NCBI GenBank assembly: GCA_030390025.1 | Contig: CM059438.1 | Location: 74,524,001-74,588,000 of the forward strand | Direction of reading: 5' to 3' | Origin: Squalus acanthias | Taxonomy: Eukaryota | Length of the DNA stretch: 64,000 nucleotides | Shown here: piece by piece, positions 52,381 to 63,705 of the stretch | Layout of the letters: each line of letters opens with the position of its first letter | How positions within the stretch are numbered: position 1 is the stretch's first letter | The notes under the pieces: generated by a model | Database searches by the model: none | What the model saw: only the letters and a program-made list of their open reading frames with translations | Told to the model about the DNA's origin: nothing | Translations under genes and position numbers: made by a program

Positions 52381-52753
52381 GGAAACATAGGAGCAGAAGT
52401 AGGCCATTTGGCCCTTCGAGCCTGCTCCGCCATTCAATACCATGGCTGATCCTCCATCTCAATACCACACTCCCGCTCTCTCTCCATACCCCTTGACGCC
52501 TTTTGCATCTAGAAATCTATCTATCTCCTTCTTAAATATATTCAGTGACTTGGCCTCCACAGCCTTCTGTGGCAGAGAATTCCACAGGTTCACCACCTCA
52601 GTGAAGAAATTTCTCCTCATCTCAGTCCTAAATGTTCTCCTCCGTATCCAGAGACTGTGACCCCTTGTTCTAGACCCCCCCCCAGCCAGGGGAAACATCC
52701 TCCCTGCATCCAGTCTGTCCAGCCCTGTCAGAATTTTATACGTTTCAATGAGG
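52381..52753 (-). mobile_element. CR1 3' fragment (young subfamily)
   Basis: LIETYKILTGLDRLDAGRMFPL..VVNLWNSLPQKAVEAKSLNIFKKEIDRFL. Confidence 0.9.
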
Positions 52754-53318
52754 GGAAGTATACAGGGACAACTTATTCTATTAAGCAGGACCTGGGTCAA
52801 TTCAGATTGCATCTGTTGGATTTACATGACCATTTTAGCTCTGCTGCAAAACTAAAGTTGGTATGTATATGTAAACATGGATTTACCCAAGCGAGCTGGA
52901 GGAATGGAAATGAAAAGCCTAGCAGCTGTGGGTTTTACACCCCAACTGCAGATCCCAGTCTCAGTGTAAACAGTCTTCTACATTTCGGTGCAAAAGAGCT
53001 GCACTGTACAGAAGAGTTTATATTATCCATTGTGCACACTGTATGAAGTTTTCCTCTGTCGAACTAATTCGATGTGGAACAGCAAATGAACAATCTTGTT
53101 TTATAGGGATGTGTTTCACTGTAGTTCAGCAGCCAGTTACAAGAAACATGGCGTCAAAACAGAAGGATAAAGACCGATTTTAGCACCAGTGTACATCAGC
53201 TCTCCAAACCCAAAGCGATCTGAGGAAGAGTGCACAAATACATCCTTATATGAATTCGGGCCTCGACGACCATCACAACCCACTTTCAAAACAGCCCATC
53301 AATACGTGCTCTCCGTTC

Positions 53319-54239
53319 CCTTCTGCAGCCACGCCATGGGCAGGGGAAGATCCCCATGCATCCCAGAGCACCAGTGACAGGCACCTTGAAAGTGGCTTCA
53401 CTCCTGCTCCAGGGCAGCAGGAAACTACTCTACCCATGTACTAAAATCAAGTCAGAAAGACTAACTTTGCCTTTGCAGCCACTGATACATTGGCAATCGT
53501 CATATCCTGCATCATTGCCCTCTCCAGAAACTCCACACACAGATTGTGTTTACAAAAATAGGCTTTCATTTTATAGAGTGTGTGTGTGGGTGTGTGACTA
53601 ACGATGAACAAACAGAAATTGTGACTATATTTAAAATTAAATGCAACAAAGGACTGTAAATACTAGTATACAGCTATACTCTTTGTTCCTTGCATCAGTG
53701 TTTTCAGATCATTGATTGACTGATTGTAAAGGCAAATGGAGGGGGAATAAATGGTTTGCCAACACAGCACGATGTGGTAGCTTAGCAGTCCTTGAACCAT
53801 CACCAGGTCAAAATCAGAACCAAACGACGGAATTTATTTAATGTGGTCTAATAATTTGTTTGCTTATTAGGTTGTACTTCTTGAAAATGTGAAACGACAA
53901 GCGTGTGTTGCCAAGAACTGTAGCTATAACAGTTCCTGTTTGCTGTTAGCCGAGTACTAATTCTCAGTCTCTGCCAAATCTCAATGGAAGAAAAGTCTGG
54001 AGTACTTTTTTTTGTTCCAAGTATTCCCCCTATTTCATTCAAGAAAACATTAGCCTCAGAATTATGACTGCTTTACTAAAAGTGAAGTAGTTAGACATGC
54101 TGACCATTGAATCTCCCTCCTTGCCAGCCTTCTGCAGCCACGCCATTGGCAGGGGAAGATCCCAGGGCACCAGTGATTGGCCACTTGAGTGGCTTCACCC
54201 CTGCTCCAAAGCAGCTGGACAGTAGGAAACTACTCTACC
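53319..54239. repeat. Local direct duplication (~115 bp; 53319-53434 and 54128-54239)
   Basis: ccttctgcagccacgccat.ggcaggggaagatccc..gcaccagtga..agtggcttcac.cctgctcca..aggaaactactctacc occurs twice. Confidence 0.85.
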
Positions 54240-54369
54240 AGCTAGAACGTGGCACTCTGGTGGAACACACGGATGCTCCCCAAACGCAATTCTCTGCAGG
54301 TTCATATTCTCTTGTAGAAAATAGGGGAATAACTGGGACAGATCATACACCCGAGACTTCTTTTCCCGC

Positions 54370-54755
54370 TTTAGGCCTGTATTCACTAGAGTTTAGAAGA
54401 ATGAGGGGGGATCTCATTGAAACGTATAAAATTCTGCGAGGGCGAGACAGACTGGATGTTTCCCCTGGCTGGGAGGTCTAGAACAAGGGGTCACAGTCTC
54501 AGGATACGGGGTAGGACATTTAGGACTGAGATGAGGAGAAATTTCTTCACTCAGGGTGGTGAACCTGTGGAATTCTCTATCACAGAAGGCTGTGGAGGCC
54601 AAGTCACTGAATATATTTAAGAAGGAGACAGATAGATTTCTGGATGGAAAAGGCATCAAGGGGTATGGTATTGAGATAGAGGATCAGCCATGATCATACT
54701 GAATGGCAGAGCAGGCTCGAAGGGCCTACTCCTGCTCCTATTTTTCTATGTTTCT
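54370..54755 (+). mobile_element. CR1 3' fragment (young subfamily)
   Basis: LGLYSLEFRRMRGDLIETYKIL.. closely similar to 10240-10637. Confidence 0.9.
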
Positions 54756-54869
54756 TTAAGGAGGTTAACCAGGCAGAGTATATACTCTAGTAAATAGTCA
54801 GAAATAATTAGTCTTTCAAGCAATGGTGGGTGTGAATGAGAACACACACACCTGGATTACGAGGCCAAA

Positions 54870-55265
54870 GATGCGGAGTGTCCTGCAGTAGTTCGCTCAA
54901 GCGGCCACTATTCACATGAAGGTTGGCAGAGTATCTAACAGGGGCAGCCATCTCCACCAAGCCTCGTCTTGCCCATACTCAGTATCCACACAAGACAAAA
55001 TGTCATCGACCCGAAATGTTAACTCTGTTTCTCTCTCCACAGATGCTACCTGACCTGCTGAGTATTTCCAGCATTTTCTGTATCCACACATGTACTCCTA
55101 GCAGGAATTACTGTAGAATTATTAAGAGTGGATTCCCTGGCTGATTTTCCCTTCCTTAAGCCTAGGGTGTCGTGGCCAACTCCAATAACTCTGCTGTCGC
55201 CCTGGCTGAGATCAGATAACTCAGCACAGACCGGGATTAAACCCTGGACCTTCTTTAGGGCTCAG
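54870..55265 (-). mobile_element. Old unclassified SINE interrupted by a Penelope fragment
   Basis: Minus strand aggtccagggtttaatcccggtctgtgctgagttatctgatctcagccagg (B-box-like); similar to 31170-31545. Confidence 0.45.
54993..55079 (+). mobile_element. 87-bp Penelope family A insertion with 11-bp TSD
   Basis: gtatccacaca at 54982-54992 and 55080-55090; insert gtcatcgacccgaaatgttaactctgtttctctctccacagatgct.. Confidence 0.8.
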
Positions 55266-55929
55266 ATAGAGACTCCACCTCCGAGCCACCGATTTGATGG
55301 CCAGGAATCAGTTGAATGAAACTGCCCACACGCGGTTCAGGGATTAGTGCAAGCAGTATTGTAAAACCGAATCCAATGAGCAGTTTATTGAGCTTCATTT
55401 CTCTCAACACGAGTGCAAGACAATACAGAACCATCTTCGTGATCCAGCTAAAAAGCCACCAGGACCACGAAGCGAGGCCCAGATGTGGCAAGTCAGGATC
55501 ATGGCGTAGCACAAGGAGCCTGACTCGAAGGGGCAAAACCTGAAAACCTCATGAGGTTACTGCCCCTGATGAGCTACAACCCAAATTTAAAAGCAAATGG
55601 TCACTGAAAAGATACATGACTGCATATGGGGACAAAAACCCCATAGGAATTTATTCAAGGCAAAAGATGTAAGAGTGAAGGAGAAAGGGAGAAGGAGGAC
55701 AGGATGGAAAACTCAACGTTGAAGCACAACATCGAGTCTGTAGGCCAGTAGTCGAGCAGTGCAGCTATGTGAAGAAGGTGCAAGGTTGGTTGCCCTGTTT
55801 GGCAAACCAAAGGACAACAGTGCACTGTGTTTGGTCAGTGGTGGCACCCAGTGTCAATGTCATCGAATCTGGAGGAGCAAAGGAATCTGCCAACATAAAA
55901 GAGTACCCAACACTACCATATATTGAAAC

Positions 55930-56350
55930 AACAACAGAAAATGCCAGAAGCACTCAGCAGGCCAGGCAGCATCCGTGGAGAGAGAAACAGAGTTAACGTT
56001 TCAGGTCTGGGACCCTTCTTTAGAACTGGAAAAGGCTGGAGATGTAACAGATTTTAAGCAGGTGCAGAGGCAGGGAGAGCAGGGGATCTGAAGGAACAGT
56101 CTGTGCTAGGGTAGGAGGCAGGAAAGATTAAATGTTGCAAATGGGGATGGCAGAATCATACAGCCTGAAAACTGGGGGCAGGGATTATAGTCTGAAATTG
56201 TTGAATTCGATGTTGAGTCCAGAAGGCTGTAAAGTGCCTAATCGAAAGATGAGGTGCTGTTCCTCAAGCTTACGTTGAGCTTCATTGGAACAGTGCAAGA
56301 GGCCGAGGACAGAGGAGGTCAGAGTGGGAGTGAAGCGGAGAATTAAAGTG
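55930..56350 (-). mobile_element. Penelope-like element 3' end: GIY-YIG domain C-terminus plus pLTR with mutated hammerhead
   Basis: SVLGLLHCSNEAQRKLEEQHLIFRLGTLQPSGLNIEFNNFRL* (RxxxExxxI..GLN motif), then AGTT-CTAAAGA..GAAACGTT-AACT at 56027-55991. Confidence 0.85.
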
Positions 56351-57154
56351 AACAAAGAATGTTCCACATAGCCCATGAAAAGGCAGGCATAACTAGCATA
56401 TATTGGTTGCTGGCCCAAGATTTCATTCCACACTGTTACCTGTCAAATTGTTTCACTTTTACTGCTCACCAATGCCAAGTGCTCCCACCCTCCCGACAGT
56501 GGTTTCATTGCATCTATACATAGCCATAACTCATCAGGGCACATCGTCCAGATGCAGCATACAATTGAAAGTGTTGCCACACATCCCAGATCAAACCAGA
56601 AAGCGACACAGTCATTCATTGCCATGTGCTCAACCACAAGCCCATCCCGAGTGGCAGTCATGTATGAGACTATGACATTTGAGTTTACAATGTAAAATGA
56701 ATAGTACAGCAGAAAACAGGCATTTGACCTGCTCTCCCAATTCTGTAATCTGTGTGTCCATTGCATTCTGCTCTCCTGGTTTCATCACAGGGTACATTAT
56801 GTACAAGGATACAGTTACAATTTACATTTCTGTTGGGTTCGGTAGAATTATTTATCCTTTTCGGAGATACGGAATTTTAGCCACAGTAATGCATTTACAA
56901 AACCATCATTTCTTAGTGTTTGGCTGGTTGATTTTGCAGAAAGCAAATCCATTAACTGGAATCCATGCTTTTATTGTTAGCATCTTAAGCCTGCAGCAAC
57001 AGATTTCATGCATTTTTTTTTAAAAATACGATCACAAGACTTTTAACGTCCAACTGCCCAACTAAAAACACACAATAGTAGAGTGATTTTTGGATGACCA
57101 ATGTTTAAACAACATTTTAACAAAAGCAAAGGAAGTTACATATGCACTGGTTTT

Positions 57155-57375
57155 GATCACCTGAGGAGGTCAGAGGGGAATTTTCCAGAGTATGTTTTCC
57201 CTTATTGGTCCTGGGTTTTTTTTGCCTCTCCTAGGAGATTACATGGCTGCAGAGGAGAGGAGGTGGGAGGGAAGAAGTGTTTAGTCATGATGGTCCGGCC
57301 ATCATGGTGTGGGCCAGGCTTGATGGGCCAGCTGGTGGTCTCCTGCCTGGCCATTTCGTATGTTTGCATGTTCGT
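57155..57375 (+). mobile_element. LINE-type 3' tail (CR1-like), related to minus fragment 37186-37245
   Basis: caggcttgatgggccagctggt..ccatttcgtatgtt; reverse complement occurs at 37190-37240. Confidence 0.5.
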
Positions 57376-58529
57376 AAATGAAAACCAGTTTAAATTGTGT
57401 GCAGTCTAGTGTGTAACAACTACACTTGGCTGATTGGGATAATCTCACTCAAAACAATTTCCAAATATTTTGACTGAAGATTTCTTAGGTTATGCAAAAG
57501 CATCCTCAGCATCTTATTGCACTGTGAATCTATGACAAGGCATGCATGGTTCATAACATAGCCAAGGAATGGCTTAGGTCCCTGATGCAGTGGCCCAAGT
57601 GTGGGGCAGTGAGACTTGTGCACAATGCAATGGGAAGAGGCCATTAGAAATCCTGAGGCCAGCTAATTTAACTAATGCTAGTGAAATGAGTGTGGGAAGT
57701 GCCATCAGCAAGGGGCCAGATACAGGGCAGCATCTTCGAGGCACTGAAGAATATCCCGTTGACTGGCTCAAGGATTCACGCATCTTTCGGATGTGTGAAA
57801 TCCATTCTCCCACAAATTGGTGGTAACCAGAATCCTGTTCTCAGTACGAGTGGAGAAGCTGGTGTGCATACCTCAGAGGCTACTTGCCCTCAAGGCAGCA
57901 GCACAGAGAAGCATTCCTTCAGCTCCCTGCAGAAGCCTTCACCTTTGTAGGACCAAGCTGCCAAGGAGCCCAGGACAGTCAATCTGTCCAGTGTCCATCC
58001 CAGGACTTGGGAATCCTGAGAGAGGTGCTCCTCCATCCCAAGCAGCTCATAATATTTTGCATCAGCCATATGCAGGCCCTCAGGTGGCCTGTAGAAAGTG
58101 CTATAGTAGAGCAGACAAAAATCATGCAGTACATACAGTAATAGAACCAAATGTTTTTGCAATTAGTTACAATAAAATTGCTGGAACATTTGAGGCAAGA
58201 ACAGTTAGTATTTGGTTCTCTTGTATGACAATGGGGAACAGGGTATGCACTGATATTAAGGCTCAGGATTAGGATGTAATGGCCACCATGGAGAAGCAAG
58301 AGTTTTCCTTTGAACAAGCAGAGGTTGGTGAGAGGAGGCAGATCTTTGATGGGCTGAGATGGCCAAATAATACTGCTCTATTCATCTGTGAAGGTGTGCC
58401 AAATGAGTCGGTGTCTCACTTGTCTAGCAGCTGTTGCCACTGCACCCGCTTCCTGTTCATGAGCCAGACCAACAGCAGCAAGTGTTGGCCAGCAACCTCT
58501 AGGACATCTGCCATCAGTTCTTTCCTGAT

Positions 58530-59430
58530 TGCAAAGTTGTAAAGCACACAAGATGCCACCGCAATTAGGTAAACAGTGCTCGACGCATAGTGCAAGGTGC
58601 TGGGAAAAGTCTCAAAGATGAGCCAAGGTCTATACATCTTGCTGGATGGGTAATGCTCGGATGGTTTGGCTTGGTTCTAGTGCTGCCCGTTTAATCTGGC
58701 CATCTGCTGCTCCTATTCAATGAAGCATATAGAGTGTGTAAAGTGGGACTCATTGGGAATCCCATTTTGCAACCCTCAAATCCCAGCTCAGTAATTTGCC
58801 TTGAAATAGAATGCTGCCCAGGGGTAATAATCTTCTTAGGCAGTCCCTCAGAACAGAGGATGACTTGCTTCCACACTAAACATAAGTTCTCAGGTGACTG
58901 ATGAGTCCAATGCGGGACCGACAGTCTCAGTCACAGGTGGGGCAGACGGTGGTTGAAGGGGCGGGTGGGTGGGATGCTTGGGTTGAAGTGCGCTCCTTGT
59001 GCTTGGCTTCTGCTTGCTCCCGGCGAAGAGACTCAAGGTATTCGGCGCCTTCCTGGATGCTTCTCCTCCACTTTGTACGGTCTAGGGCCAGGGATTCCCA
59101 GGTGTCGGTGGGGCTGCTGCACTTTTTCCAAAGGAGGCTTTGAGGGTGTCCTTGAAGAGTTTCCTCTGCCCACCTGGGGCTCTCGCTGCGTCGGAGCTCC
59201 GAGTAAAGCGCTTGTTTTGGGAGTTTCGTATCGGGCATGCGGACGGGATGCAGAACTAGGGAAAGGCTTCCTGAAATGACAATTCCCCCTCCCCCCTCGT
59301 AATCTCACTTGAGCAGTGCCTGTTGGAACCAGTACTTCTGCCTTGATGAACATATCCTGGCAAACCGTGCCTTTTAAACAATGGCGTATATTCTCAAGTG
59401 TGGATGGAAAGACAGAAGTCACAGAATTCA
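58530..59430 (-). pseudogene. Probable fossil PIF/Harbinger DDE transposase, split by RTE insertion
   Basis: LHYASSTVYLIAVASCVLYNFAIRK resembles Harbinger LQYSP..V..I.VACCVLHN.A; upstream weak matches GFPMSPTLHT (GYPL.P.L.TP), RLNGQH (RYN..H), FRKPFPS (NRKGFHS) occur in the expected order. Confidence 0.4.
58829..59246 (-). mobile_element. RTE-clade LINE 3' fragment
   Basis: MPDTKLPKQALYSEL..TWESLALDRTKWRRSIQEGAE..CPTCD; same family as 28400-29410. Confidence 0.9.
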
Positions 59431-61375
59431 GTATGGGCAACATCATCCCATTCTACCTCAAGTCATTTGAATGTGGCTGCCACTGGGGCGTGGGCAGGCC
59501 AGGGTACCCTGAAACTGAACAGAATTCATGCCGGGGCACTTGTCCAGTGGAACCCTGGCATACATTGGCCTTAACAGAAATTATTGGCCTTGCAAAAGGT
59601 GTAATTGCTGACTTAAGCCCTTTGCCAAGCCAGGAATTTCAGGGCTACAGTCACTAATATAAATCAGGTCAAGAACCAGATCAAAAACCACATCTTGTAT
59701 AATTCAGGTATAAGCAGCAGCACATGCAAACACTGGGTGCTTCAAGCAAAGCCAGCATGCATCTACATAGCAAATCTGCTGCTCTAATTGTGCTTGAAGA
59801 AAATAAATTCAGAACCGAATTCCATTTGCAATTATTATACACAACACCTTGCAGTTTAAAATGGCTATTTGACACAGCGCCTAGATTATTTTGATATTTA
59901 ATTTGATTGAGGCTATTCAAGAAAACATTCCTGGACCAGATAAAATTGACTATTTTTTATGAAGCAACTTTCACCAAAATACTAAGAGGGGAAAATGCAA
60001 CTTCAGGCACAACACAGCAGCACTGGGGTCTATGCAAGGGCCACAAAAAGTAAACGCCCAAATTGTAGCATGTTTGTGAATCACTGGTGATGGCTTTTAC
60101 ATCTCGCCACCTAATGAATAACCATCGCTCATGACGCCACAATCCCTTGCTACAATACCGGCATTTACTTAAACAAAGGGGCAGCTTCTACTGATCAGCT
60201 TATTTCCAATTTTCTACTAACACTTGAAGCTAGATTTTAACCCATTTACTCGTGGCAGTGACACTTGCATGAATGAAGCACATATACGATGAATCTTTCA
60301 TGGCCAAAAATATATACATGATCTCATCTGTAAACAGTGACCAAGTTCCTCTGCCTCATTTGTACAAACCAATGTTAACGTGCAAGTGGTGATCGAATCC
60401 GCCGTGGCTATTTCAGAAATATTTGAGCAAAGCCAGAACAGGAAGGCATCCTTTCCTGTACCCTTAAACAGATATTGCAGGGTTTGTAATGAAAAAAGTT
60501 AAAATGTTGGGTGGTGACTTCAAGTTTAAAAAGTGCTGCTTCTACATAGTTTGAAAAACACATCACCAATATCTTCATCCCAGAAATCCTGCTACACTAG
60601 TGCCTGCCGCAGGAGCCTTCCCCCCACATCCACCCACCAGAGTGGGGTCCGACTAAAAAGAAAAAGATCTTCAGCCATGAGCGCTCATCGTAATTGACTT
60701 TGGATTCATGCTTCTAGTCAAAACTGAAGATAAATACTTCAGCATAGTGTATAACACAAAACTGCAAATATTACAATGGGTAACCAAGTTACAACTTAAG
60801 GCCCAGGAAGCAAGCTGAACAAATACCAATAGGATTTTGTAAACATTTTGACAATGCCAGTAAAAAAAAATGCACTTGCCCACATTGTCAGCATTTGCAC
60901 AGGATCCCCATTGACCTTCATTATAAACTTATATCCAACAAATCCCATTACATCAACTTCTCAAATTAATCTTTCTGCAATGAAAAGTGCATATATTTCT
61001 AAGCAGTGAGCAAAGGGGAATTGTTGTTAAGAAAAATATTTAAGACAGTTTATACCGGCTGAGACGAAAAAAACAACAGTCAATTGTTTGGAGGCCCGTT
61101 CTTTGTACCATGTTATGTAACTGAAAAAACAGGTTCCTTTAAGAAAGTTACCAGCCTCAAAAATAGCTTTGGCCACTGCATGACATAAAATTGGCTGGTT
61201 CGCTGATGCTGCCTGCAGCACAATCAAAGAACCCAGTCAAGCTGTTGATTACGAACAGACACAGCATCTGTTGAAAATGAGTGAAGCGCTAGAAACAATT
61301 AACATGCACCACCAGGCAATCAACCGTCTCAATTTAAGCAGAAGAACATTGGCTTAGGCATGCCTCGGACACTAG

Positions 61376-62089
61376 GAGGTAGAGTTTCCCGCTTTGGGCG
61401 CAACCGGGGAAACTGGGCGCAAATTATGCTCGCAATTGCGCTGGTTTTCCCCAAAGTGATTACGGTTCAAGTTTCCACCCAAACTCATTTGCACAATCAA
61501 ACTTAAAACATTCCATGAAAATCGGGAACGGTAATCGAATGCAATCATTTTCATTCCCCCTTTGGATTAAAAAACATTGATATATTTAAGAGTGGAAACC
61601 TGGCGCAGTTTTATCAATACAACTGAAAATGGGTTTATCACAAAAAAAAGCATTTTTAATAGAGTGTCTAGTCCACCATCTGTGAGTAGCCTGATATTAA
61701 AATCACTGAAAAATGACTAAAAACACTACACAAAACCATTTACTAGTTTCACTGGTGCACACTATTCAGTTTCTTAGTAAATTAAATATTTAATATTTTT
61801 AAAATGTGCCCACTAGTAACTGTGCGCCAAAAAAAAAAGCTCCATTTGAAGACCCTCCTTGAACGGCTGCAATCGGCAGAAACTCAGCACCCTCATTATT
61901 TCGATCGGGGCGTGGCCAGTTTTGTGGGCAGGGCCGGTTTGCTGAGCAATGTTTTTTAAACCAGCGCTCAAGATCGCGGTAGTGACTTACGCTTGACGTA
62001 ACCTGCATTTAAAATTCTGCAAACTTCTGCACTGGTTTGGCCGATTTCAGCCGGATTTCGCAGATAAAACTAGCGGGAAACTCTAGGCC
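61376..62089. mobile_element. Non-autonomous DNA transposon (PIF/Harbinger-like MITE), 714 bp
   Basis: TIR core TAGAGTTTCCCGCT / AGCGGGAAACTCTA (14/14), TAG at 61373-61375 and 62090-62092, CpG-rich subterminal arms, AT-rich core. Confidence 0.75.
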
Positions 62090-62224
62090 TAGGTCTTTGA
62101 CATGCGATAAGAAAATGGCTGTTCAAGTAAATGCCCTGGTCTCTCAGGTTGGTTTCTCAAAGGCAAGACAGTGCAGTATAGCTGCAGTTTTAGGAATTTC
62201 AAAAACTGGACACTTGATGTACTA

Positions 62225-62516
62225 ATACAAAAGCAAAATACTGCGGATGCTGGAAATATGAAATAAAAACAGAAAATGTTGGAAATACTCGGGTCAGGCA
62301 GCATCTGTGGAGAGAAACAGAGTGAACGTTTCAGGCCGATGACCCTTCGTCAGAACTGGAAAAAGTTGGAGATGGAACAGGTTTTTAAGCAAGTGTAGGG
62401 GCAGGGAAAAGGGGGGGGGGGGGGGGGGGGGGGGGGAGAACAAAAAGGGAAGGTCTGTGATAGGATGGAAGGCAGGAGAGATTAAGAGACAAAAGAGATG
62501 ATGGTGCAAGGCAAGT
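62225..62516 (-). mobile_element. Penelope family A pLTR insertion with 13-bp TSD and hammerhead motif (62321-62357)
   Basis: acttgatgtacta at 62212-62224 and 62517-62529; minus strand AGTT-CTGACGA-AGGGTCATCGGCCT-GAAA-CGTT-CACT. Confidence 0.85.
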
Positions 62517-63261
62517 ACTTGATGTACTAGTTCATTTTCAGTTTTGAACTATCCACTACATAGAGTCAACTCTAATTCTGAGTAAGGATGTAACTAGTAG
62601 GGTTCTGGCTACTACTAACCTACCAAAAAAAATCTTACTTGAAAGATCTGCAAAGAAAGTCACTCAAAGGGTGTTTAGCCTTTGGTGAACTGCTTCAAAG
62701 CTACTGTGTTATTAGACTTCTGACATCTGGTTGCAACTACTGCTACTGTAAATAGTTCTGTGAATAAACTGGTTTGGCAGTTTCATTTTTGCAGAAGAGT
62801 GTCTGTTGTGACTGATATTAATCATCCGCAAGAGACAAGGGTGCAATCGTGGAAATCCTTCCACTATGGGTGAAATAAATCCAGAGACAGAGCCAACTAT
62901 CCACCAAAAGCACGCGATTCCAGATTACCTTGCACACTCGGCCATGCCTTGGTTCATAGGGATGGACAGCATTTGCTCGTGGGGGCAGACCTTCATGTTG
63001 GCCGAGAGAAAAGTATCTCGAGAACTCAAATCATAACATCCTCACCCAATACACATACATAAAACCCAAACTGGCTGTATTTGCATAAACCAGCCCCTTC
63101 CTTTACTTCTAGGTTAGTTAAGATTAGCCGTTTGCCCATCTGAAAAAAGTGGAAGGCGGAGTTGCCTGGAAATTTCAGAAACTTAACAAATTGAATTAGT
63201 GCTTAGGTTTTAGTCAATTGGTGTATTAGTAAACCATACACCAAGACTCCCACCTGCAAGC

Positions 63262-63705
63262 TAGCCTTTGAGTCAGAAGGTTGAGAGTCCAAATCCCACT
63301 CCAGCGACTTGAACACAAAAATCTAGGCCGACACTCCAGTGCAGTGCTGAGGGAGTGCTGCACTGCCAGATGTGCCCTCTTTCAGATGAGACGTTAAGCC
63401 GAGGCCCCGTCTGCTCTCAGGTGGACGTAAAAGATCCCATGGCACTATTTTGAAGAGGAGCAGGGGAGTTATCCCCAGGTGTCCTGTCTAATATTTCTCC
63501 CTCAATCAACATAACAAAAACAGATTATCTGGTCATTATCACAATTGCGGTTTGTGGGAGCTTGCTGTGTGCAATTAGCTACCACATTTCCTACATTACA
63601 ACAGTGACTACACTTCAAAAGTACTTCATTGGCTGTAAAGCACTTTGAGATGTCCTGAGGTCATGTAAGGAGCTATAGAAATGCAAGTCTTTCTTTCTTT
63701 TCTTT
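63262..63705 (+). mobile_element. DeuSINE (SacSINE1-like)
   Basis: gagtcagaaggttg..cccactccag..cagatgagacgttaagccgaggccccgtctg..gtggacgtaaaagatcccatggcact..(cttt)n. Confidence 0.85.
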
